Shown here: positions 43,654-49,593 of the stretch, in pieces | Numbering within the stretch: the first letter of the stretch is position 1 | Layout: every line of letters starts with the position of its first letter | NCBI GenBank assembly: GCA_038062025.1 | Contig: JBBTXW010000006.1 | Location: 1-49,593, forward strand | Direction of reading: 5' to 3' | Length of the DNA stretch: 49,593 bases | From: Patescibacteria group bacterium | GTDB lineage: Bacteria > Patescibacteriota > Microgenomatia > UBA8517 > UBA10165 | The notes under the pieces: model-generated | Seen by the model: only the letters and a program-made list of their open reading frames with translations | The model's database searches: none | Told to the model about the DNA's origin: nothing | Position numbers and translations under genes: made by a program

Positions 43654-45330
43654 TTAAACTTCCACAACCACAGGGAGAATCATGGGGCGGCGGCCGGTTT
43701 CGTCAAAGAAGAAGCGTTCTAAGAATTCAACAGCTTTTACTTTAACATCCCTCGCGTCGCCTTTTTTGTGCTTTGCGCGAATCTCATTTGCAACCGCGTT
43801 TGCTGCACGCTCTAAAAACTGTTTGTTTTCTTTAACGAATACAAATCCTCGGCTTATTATGTCAGGATCGCCGATAAGAACACTATTTGCTTTATCAACT
43901 TGAAGAACAACAATTACAACTCCTTCGCGAGCTAGGGTTTTTCTGTCTGATAAAACTACCTCGCCAACATCTCCCAAACCAAGGCCGTCTACGAGCAGGC
44001 TTTTAACCGGGATATGCTCCCCTGCTTTTACTTTCCCATCGCGGGTAAATTCCATAACATCACCATGGCGAAGCTCTAAAGTTTCCTCTTTCTTCCAACC
44101 CATCTTTTGGGCGAGGGCGTTGTAGGCTCTGTTATGGCGAATTGTTCCTCCAATTGGGATTAAATATTTGGGACGAACTAAAGACAGAAGCATCTCGATA
44201 TCTTTTCTGGAGCCGTGGCCTGAGACGTGAAGGTCTTCTTGGGTGTCGTAGTAATGGACTTCTGCTCCCTTTTCAATAAGTTGATCGACCACATAATTTG
44301 TTGAAAAATGGGTTCCTGGAGGGGCTGGGTCTGCTGAGAAGACAACCATATCAGGGTTTTTAATTTTTAAGAATTTATGGTCATCTGTTGCGACTCTGTA
44401 AAGTGCTGATCCGACTTGGCCATAACAGCCTGAGATTATATAAACAACTTTTTCAGGAGGCAAGGACCTTGCCTGTCTATCCATTACCACATCTTTATCA
44501 TTGTAGGTAATATTTCCCAGGGTCCTTGCAATTGCGACTTTTTTTTCAATTGAGCGTCCGACAAAAATTACTTTTCTTCCAAGAGAGCGAGAAATATTAA
44601 TAACCTGCTGCATTCTTGATATGTTGGAAGAGATTGTTGTAACAAAAATTCGCCCCTTTGCATCTTTGAAGATGTTGCCAATGTTTTTTTCAAGTTCAGC
44701 CTCAGACATTGTATAACCTTCAGAAGTTGACCCAAGCGAGTCTGAGGCCATTGCAATTACACCGCCTTTTGCCAAGGTTGCTGCTTTTGCAATATCAAAG
44801 GGTTTCCCGTCAACCGGGGTCCAGTCAAATTTGTAATCCGGAACGTGGAAGAATCTTCCAATTGGGGTGCCTATACAAAAGCCCAAGGAGTCAGGAACCG
44901 AATGGGTAATTCTAAATGCGTCCACGATGAAGCTACCTGCAGTAGTCGGGGCACCTTCAGGATCAATTATATTTACCTTCTTGCCGCCAATTCCATAATC
45001 CACCAGTTTGTCTTCAATAAACCCTGCGACTAGTTTTGCCGAGTAAATTGAGACATCTGGAAGTTGGTCAAGAAGAAAAGGAAGTGCTCCGAAATGATCC
45101 TCATGAGCGTGGGAGATGAAAACTCCTTTGATTTTGTCTTTGTTTTTAACTAAATAGGAGAAGTCGGGCACAACAAGATCAACTCCAAAAGCTGCCTCTT
45201 CCGGGAAGCCAACACCGCAATCAAGAACTATAATTTCCGCACTTCCCCGATCGGGAATATATTCGTAGACGTATAAGTTTTCAGTAACGTCTATTGTGCC
45301 TGAAATTGCAATGAATCTAAGTTTGTCCAT
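43654..45330 (-). CDS. rnj: Ribonuclease J
   Basis: Metallo-beta-lactamase HAHEDHFGALP, beta-CASP region, 558 aa. Confidence 0.92.
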   Translation of the reverse strand: MDKLRFIAISGTIDVTENLYVYEYIPDRGSAEIIVLDCGVGFPEEAAFGVDLVVPDFSYLVKNKDKIKGVFISHAHEDHFGALPFLLDQLPDVSIYSAKLVAGFIEDKLVDYGIGGKKVNIIDPEGAPTTAGSFIVDAFRITHSVPDSLGFCIGTPIGRFFHVPDYKFDWTPVDGKPFDIAKAATLAKGGVIAMASDSLGSTSEGYTMSEAELEKNIGNIFKDAKGRIFVTTISSNISRMQQVINISRSLGRKVIFVGRSIEKKVAIARTLGNITYNDKDVVMDRQARSLPPEKVVYIISGCYGQVGSALYRVATDDHKFLKIKNPDMVVFSADPAPPGTHFSTNYVVDQLIEKGAEVHYYDTQEDLHVSGHGSRKDIEMLLSLVRPKYLIPIGGTIRHNRAYNALAQKMGWKKEETLELRHGDVMEFTRDGKVKAGEHIPVKSLLVDGLGLGDVGEVVLSDRKTLAREGVVIVVLQVDKANSVLIGDPDIISRGFVFVKENKQFLERAANAVANEIRAKHKKGDARDVKVKAVEFLERFFFDETGRRPMILPVVVEV

Positions 45331-45359
45331 ACTTTAGAGGAGGTCTAGCTGTTCTGCGT
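44801..45359 (-). repeat. Left copy of a 4234-bp-spaced direct repeat (rnj 5' part + UDG 3' end)
   Basis: Aligns without indels to 49035..49593. The last ~75 nt are near-identical, while the rest shows many third-position differences. Confidence 0.8.
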
Positions 45360-45948
45360 TATTATCTTCTTTTGTATCACCAATTTTAACTAAAATCTCA
45401 GGGAGTCTTTTGAAGTCTTCCTTAAACTGTTCCATTACCGCCCCTGCACGAAGAGCAGCAGCGGGGTGATACATTGGGACTATTGTAACATCTTTCCCCT
45501 TCCATCTCACAACTCTAGGTTTTCCGTGGACGCGGGAGATCATTTCACCGGGTAGAAATTTGCCCATAGAGAAACGGCCTAAAGTTACAATTACTTTTGG
45601 ATTTATTATTTCAATTTCCCGATCAACGTATGGTTGGAAGCTTTTGATTTCTTCGGGTAATGGGTCGCGGTTTTCGGGCGGGCGGAAGCGAACAATGTTT
45701 GAAATATAAACATCCTCGCGTTTTAAGCCGATTGATTCAAGAGTTCTTTCAAGAAGTTTTCCTGCTTGGCCAACGAATGGTCTTCCTTGTTGGTCTTCAT
45801 GGAACCCTGGGCCTTCACCAAGAAAATATAAATCGGCATCAGGATTCCCCTCGCCGAACACAAGCTGTGTTGCACCAACTCTTAGCGGTAGGCTTTTGTC
45901 GTTCTCCATTTCTTTTTTGAGTTCACTTAGCGCAACTTTTTTGTCCAT
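45334..45948 (-). CDS. Uracil-DNA glycosylase, family 4
   Basis: GEGPGFHEDQQGRPFVGQAGKLL and MYHPAAALR. Start set at MDKKVAL. Confidence 0.88.
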   Translation of the reverse strand: MDKKVALSELKKEMENDKSLPLRVGATQLVFGEGNPDADLYFLGEGPGFHEDQQGRPFVGQAGKLLERTLESIGLKREDVYISNIVRFRPPENRDPLPEEIKSFQPYVDREIEIINPKVIVTLGRFSMGKFLPGEMISRVHGKPRVVRWKGKDVTIVPMYHPAAALRAGAVMEQFKEDFKRLPEILVKIGDTKEDNNAEQLDLL

Positions 45949-46003
45949 AAGTAAAAAATACATTAATTTGACAGGTCTTGACTAGGGGTGTTTTAATTTA
46001 TAT

Positions 46004-46798
46004 GTGTACTGCTCAAAACTGCTAATTACACTTCCTCTTCTACTTCTTGCGCTAGTTGTTTCTCCCGTTGCCGCGCAAGACACAACAAGTGTTTCCGATC
46101 GCGTGACAAACAAGCAAGAGAAGCGTACCGAGAAAGTTGAGGCCCGCCAAGAAAAGCGCGAAGCACGACTAGAAAAGAGAGAAGAGCGCGTGGAATCAAG
46201 ACAAGTGAAACGCGAGGATAGGCAAGCAACCAGAGAGGCAAAGCGTGAAGCAAGAATTGAAAAGCGAGAAGAGTTTTTGGCATCCGTTTCCGCAAGAAGA
46301 GAAGAGATCAAAGAAAAGATTCAAGAGCGCAGAGCAGAGTTAAAAGAGAAACTTGCCGAATTTAGGGATCAGAAAAAAGCAGAAATTGCAGAAAAAATTG
46401 ACCAAAAGTTGGGTGAGATAAACGAGAACAGAACAACAAAGATGTCCCAATCACTTGATAAAATGTCTGCAATCTTAGATAAGCTTGAGTCCATAATCTC
46501 TGAGCGGGGAGGAAACGCAGAAGCTCAAGCTGCAGTTGATGGTGCACGAACAGCTGTAAGCACAGCACAAGATGCGGTTTCTGCTCAAGCCGGGAAAGAT
46601 TACGGAGTAACGGTAAATACAGAAACCACTGTAAAGTCCGATGCTCAGACTTCAAGGAACTCTCTACATACTGATCTTAAGGCAGCCCATAATTTGATAG
46701 TTGCCGCAAGGCAAGCTGTAGCAAAGGCAATTTCAACGACAAAGTCCACAGTTGGTGGACAGAAAGGAGCGACCGGAAGTGCAACACAGCAACAGTAA
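46004..46798 (+). CDS. Secreted coiled-coil protein (hypothetical)
   Basis: Signal-like N-terminus (LLITLPLLLLALVVSPVAAQ), then a degenerate K/R/E-rich repeat (EKRE...). GTG start. Confidence 0.55.
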   Translation: MYCSKLLITLPLLLLALVVSPVAAQDTTSVSDRVTNKQEKRTEKVEARQEKREARLEKREERVESRQVKREDRQATREAKREARIEKREEFLASVSARREEIKEKIQERRAELKEKLAEFRDQKKAEIAEKIDQKLGEINENRTTKMSQSLDKMSAILDKLESIISERGGNAEAQAAVDGARTAVSTAQDAVSAQAGKDYGVTVNTETTVKSDAQTSRNSLHTDLKAAHNLIVAARQAVAKAISTTKSTVGGQKGATGSATQQQ

Positions 46799-46808
46799 CA
46801 AAGGGTTT

Positions 46809-47039
46809 ATGGGAATAGTGGTTGTAGCCGTTTTAGCAGTTGCTTTGATTGCTGGAGGAGTTTTCTTTTTCCTAAACGGGACGAGTCTATTGAAGAAGAC
46901 TGACAATTATGGAAAGATTGTGGCCGAACTAACCGCCGAGACTCCAGATGAGTTAGATAAAGAACTTCAAGCTCTTGATCTAGGGGTGGATATAGATTCA
47001 GAATTTACAGAAATAGACTCCGACCTCTCCAGTCTTTGA
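46809..47039 (+). CDS. Small membrane protein (hypothetical)
   Basis: Start set at MGIVVVAVLAVALIAGGVFFFL. Acidic tail. Confidence 0.4.
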   Translation: MGIVVVAVLAVALIAGGVFFFLNGTSLLKKTDNYGKIVAELTAETPDELDKELQALDLGVDIDSEFTEIDSDLSSL

Positions 47040-47062
47040 CGTTATGTTAATTACCACAAAGA

Positions 47063-47090
47063 TTGCACAGTGAAAATCTTGCGATATAAT
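47063..47090 (+). promoter_or_regulatory. Promoter of the MNT-HepT operon (TTGCAC-16-TATAAT) with the ATG 6 nt after the -10 (leaderless)
   Basis: -35 at 47063..47068, -10 at 47085..47090, ATG at 47097. Confidence 0.55.
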
Positions 47091-47096
47091 CTAGAT

Positions 47097-47501
47097 ATGC
47101 TAAACGAAAGCTTAATGTCAGAAATACGAAATGCCTTAAAACCAGAGCCTAAAATAATTGCTGCTTACGTATTGGGTTCTTATGTTTTTGGCAAGGAAAC
47201 TGGTGAAAGTGATTTTGACCTTGCTGTGGTGGTTGAAAGTAGAAAAGACATTTCTTTCGACCACATATACAATCTTCTTTCCGAAATAAAGTTCCCCAAA
47301 GATTTAGATTTGTCCGTTGTTGACAGAAGCTCTTCTCCTTTGTTTTTATTCCAAGCAATAAACGGTAGATGTGCTTATGCTCGCTCAGGGGAGGATAGAG
47401 GCTTATTTGAAGCATCTATTGCTGAGAACTACTACGATACGGCCCATATGCGAAAAATATATTATTCGCATCTGAAAGAGAAATTTCCATATGCCGGCTA
47501 A
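47097..47501 (+). CDS. mntA: Minimal nucleotidyltransferase (MNT-type antitoxin)
   Basis: GSYVFGKETGESDFDLAVV fits the GSx(n)SDxD motif. Start moved to the ATG at 47097. Confidence 0.8.
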   Translation: MLNESLMSEIRNALKPEPKIIAAYVLGSYVFGKETGESDFDLAVVVESRKDISFDHIYNLLSEIKFPKDLDLSVVDRSSSPLFLFQAINGRCAYARSGEDRGLFEASIAENYYDTAHMRKIYYSHLKEKFPYAG

Positions 47502-47916
47502 CTTGTCTTTAGTCTCCAAGAAGCTTGATTTCTTAAACGATCAAATAAGAAAAATCGAGCAAATGACTTTTACCAAAGAATCTTTTGTCCAAAACCCAGA
47601 TATTCACGACTTGGTCGTGTTTCGCCTACAACAAGCAGTTGAAACTTGCATTGATATTGCAACCCATATCATCGCCCAGCTTGATGTTCCACAAAAAGAA
47701 ACCGCAAAGGATGCGTTTTTGTTTTTAGGGGAGAAGGGATTTGTTGATCTTGAGTTGGCTAAAAGAATGGGAAAGGCGGCAGATTTCAGAAACAGAGTTG
47801 TGCATGGATATAATGATTTTGACTTTAATTTGCTGTTTGAAGATTATAAAGAGAATTTGAATGATCTGCGTACATTTGGCGCCCAAATATTAAAGTTTCT
47901 AGAAAGCACTTCTTAG
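47491..47916 (+). CDS. hepT: HepT (DUF86/HEPN) toxin
   Basis: RNRVVHGY fits the Rx4HxY HEPN motif. 11-nt overlap with the MNT gene. Confidence 0.8.
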   Translation: MPANLSLVSKKLDFLNDQIRKIEQMTFTKESFVQNPDIHDLVVFRLQQAVETCIDIATHIIAQLDVPQKETAKDAFLFLGEKGFVDLELAKRMGKAADFRNRVVHGYNDFDFNLLFEDYKENLNDLRTFGAQILKFLESTS

Positions 47917-47988
47917 TCTGTGAATTTGAAGGTGGAGAGGATTTTGTTGAGCAACTGATTATCAGAAAGTATAAACGATAACGTATGA

Positions 47989-48918
47989 TTAGTAACAAGC
48001 CCCTGCGTTAATGCTGTCTATCGGAACAATTGGTATATCTATGTTCATTGATGTTTGTGAACCGCCAAGGCCATATGTAGGAGGATTAAATTTTGGGTTG
48101 GATTTATATCCTGAAGGAACTACACCATGATCTATGGAAACATTCAGGCTGTCATTCGGTTGAATGTTTTGCGAGAAACTAAAATTACCGCCACCATCAG
48201 TTGTAGTTTCCGCATAAACCGAATATTCAGGCATTTTAGAAAGCACCACAGGAGCACCACCTACGCCTACCTCATTAGGTTCGGGTAGAGTGTTACAATT
48301 TGTATCAGCATAGATTCTTCCTGTTACTCTAACCGTTATACCAGAAGGTACGGTAATACCTTTTGTACACACATTTGTCATGGAACCATCTGAAGCCTGC
48401 AACTGCAATCTAGGATTGTATGTACCAGATCTCCCATATGTATGTTCTATTATCCCGTTTGATTGCTTTAAATCAGTATCCCAACTCCCGTTACCGTCAA
48501 AATCCCATTGAGCTCCTGTCATATAGGTGTTGTTGTAACTTGAGAAGCTGGAAATTAGTGTAACTAATAAAGGATCACTACTGCCTCCGCCCAGTTTTCC
48601 ATAAGTCACGTTTATGCTACATGGATTTTTCTTCGGGGTTGGAGTTGGGGTAGGTTTAGGCGTAGTTGTAGGTTTGGGTGTAGATGATTTATTTTGAGAA
48701 GTTGGTATTGGTGTGGGCTTGTCGCTTTCGGTTGTTGGTTGAGCGCTAGGAGCCGCTTGAGTTAAAGATTGAGAGGCTGGAGTCTCGATAGATACAATCT
48801 TGGATTTTATTTTAACGTACGCTACACCACCAATAGCACCTACTGCTAGTACTACTAACAAAATTAAAACCGGTGTAAAGCCGTGTTGGGAGTTTTGAGA
48901 CATTAGTTTATGATGCAC
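47989..48918 (-). CDS. Secreted protein with a P/T-rich linker, a PKD-like domain and a Cna-B/SdrD-like domain
   Basis: TM/signal segment, TPKPTTTPKPTPTPTP linker, WDFDGNGSWD...HTYGRSGTYNP (PKD-like), and GRIYADTNCN...TTTDGGGNFSF. Confidence 0.6.
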   Translation of the reverse strand: MHHKLMSQNSQHGFTPVLILLVVLAVGAIGGVAYVKIKSKIVSIETPASQSLTQAAPSAQPTTESDKPTPIPTSQNKSSTPKPTTTPKPTPTPTPKKNPCSINVTYGKLGGGSSDPLLVTLISSFSSYNNTYMTGAQWDFDGNGSWDTDLKQSNGIIEHTYGRSGTYNPRLQLQASDGSMTNVCTKGITVPSGITVRVTGRIYADTNCNTLPEPNEVGVGGAPVVLSKMPEYSVYAETTTDGGGNFSFSQNIQPNDSLNVSIDHGVVPSGYKSNPKFNPPTYGLGGSQTSMNIDIPIVPIDSINAGACY

Positions 48919-48934
48919 TTGTCTTAAGAATGTG

Positions 48935-49564
48935 TCAAACAGAGGCTGTCAGGATTTCTTTCCTTAATTCGTTAGGAAGTGACTTGTTTATATCTTTTAT
49001 AAGTCTAGACGCAAACAACACTTCAATATATACCGGTTTTCCATCAACCGGAGTCCAGTCAAATTTATAATCAGGGACATGGAAGAAGCGGCCAATTGGG
49101 GTGCTTATGCAAAATCCTAAAGAGTCGGGAACTGAGTGGGTAATTCTGAATGCGTCTACTATGAAGCTTCCAACTGTGGTTGGCGGGCCTTCCGGGTCAA
49201 TTATATTTACCTTTTTGCCGCGAATTCCATAGTCAGTTAGTTTATCTTCAATAAAACCTGCAACAAGTTTTGCTGAATAGATTGAAACATCAGGGAGCTG
49301 ATCAAGAAGAAATGGCAAAGCTCCAAAATGGTCTTCATGGGCATGAGAGATAAAGACTCCTTTTATTTTTTCGCTGTTTTTAACAAGATATGAAAAATCA
49401 GGAACTACCAAATCCACGCCAAAAGCGGCCTCTTCGGGGAAGCCTACCCCACAGTCTAAAACTATTAATTCCGCGGGCCCTTTTTCGGGGACATATTCAT
49501 AGACATAGAGGTTTTCTGTAACGTCTATTGTTCCTGATATTGCAATGAATCTAAGTTTGTCCAT
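48935..49564 (-). pseudogene. Truncated, diverged second copy of the RNase J N-terminus (~177 aa homologous plus a 32-aa unrelated tail)
   Basis: Colinear with RNase J residues 1-177 at the protein level with scattered substitutions. Homology ends after ...WTPVDGKP. Confidence 0.7.
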
Positions 49565-49593
49565 ACTTTAGAGGAGGTCTAGCTGTTCTGCGT
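49035..49593 (-). repeat. Right copy of the direct repeat
   Basis: See 44801..45359. Confidence 0.8.
49568..49593 (-). CDS. 3' end of a second UDG-like gene copy (partial, runs off the window)
   Basis: 49565..49593 is identical to 45331..45359, which is the UDG stop and its last codons. Confidence 0.5.

Noticed and set aside
45982-46655. Minus-strand ORFs (45982..46311, 46026..46295, 46362..46655) opposite the coiled-coil gene
   Set aside because: These are antisense frames of a K/R/E-repeat coding region, which stay open by composition. The plus-strand ORF has a signal peptide and continuous coding potential.
1-49593. Alternative genetic code (UGA recoding, as in some CPR lineages)
   Set aside because: TGA terminates well-delimited conserved genes (e.g. 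the sortase stop at 34795 and the DUF948-like stop at 40418). All conserved genes are intact under the standard code.

Overview
The window reads as a small, gene-dense, roughly 40% G+C genome of the Patescibacteria/CPR type. That assignment is an inference from three things: no rpmD (L30), shortened ribosomal proteins, and very short intergenic spacers. Standard genetic code applies, since TGA is used as a stop. Almost everything is on the minus strand. Positions 29900 down to 1 hold the rpoB-rpoC / str / S10 / spc / alpha ribosomal super-operon: rpoBC, rpsL-rpsG-fusA-tuf, rpsJ, rplC...rpsQ, rplN...secY-adk-map-infA-rpmJ-rpsM-rpsK-rpsD-rpoA-rplQ, then rplM-rpsI. This backbone is broken twice by foreign-looking DNA. 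(1) A 2.6-kb mosaic lies between rpsJ and rplC. It holds a DUF5678-like/retropepsin-like pair, a G+C-rich orphan gene with its own promoter and terminator, and an opposite-strand HUH (RAYT/IS200-like) gene carrying REP-like hairpins. (2) A 0.65-kb insert lies between fusA and tuf, with a second G+C-rich orphan on the opposite strand and a solo copy of the same REP-like module. Upstream of rpoB the usual rplKAJL genes are replaced by an accessory block: a PBECR-like nuclease-fold protein, a SET-domain protein, a PurD-like ATP-grasp and RelE/YefM. The rest (33-49.6 kb) carries mltG, a Zn-ribbon protein, ruvX, sortase, a 705-aa membrane protein, alaS, MazEF, a RodZ-like protein, ftsK, RNase J, UDG, MNT/HepT, secreted proteins, and a diverged duplicate of the RNase J 5' part (with the UDG 3' end) 4234 bp upstream of the intact copy. 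Non-coding patterns include a low-complexity palindromic spacer family, consensus sigma70-like promoters placed 6-9 nt from start codons (leaderless architecture), promoter-proximal hairpin+U modules, and perfect 18-nt in-frame tandem repeats in rplE and ruvX. I found no rRNA, tRNA or CRISPR array. All calls come from reading the sequence and recalling protein families; no database search was run.
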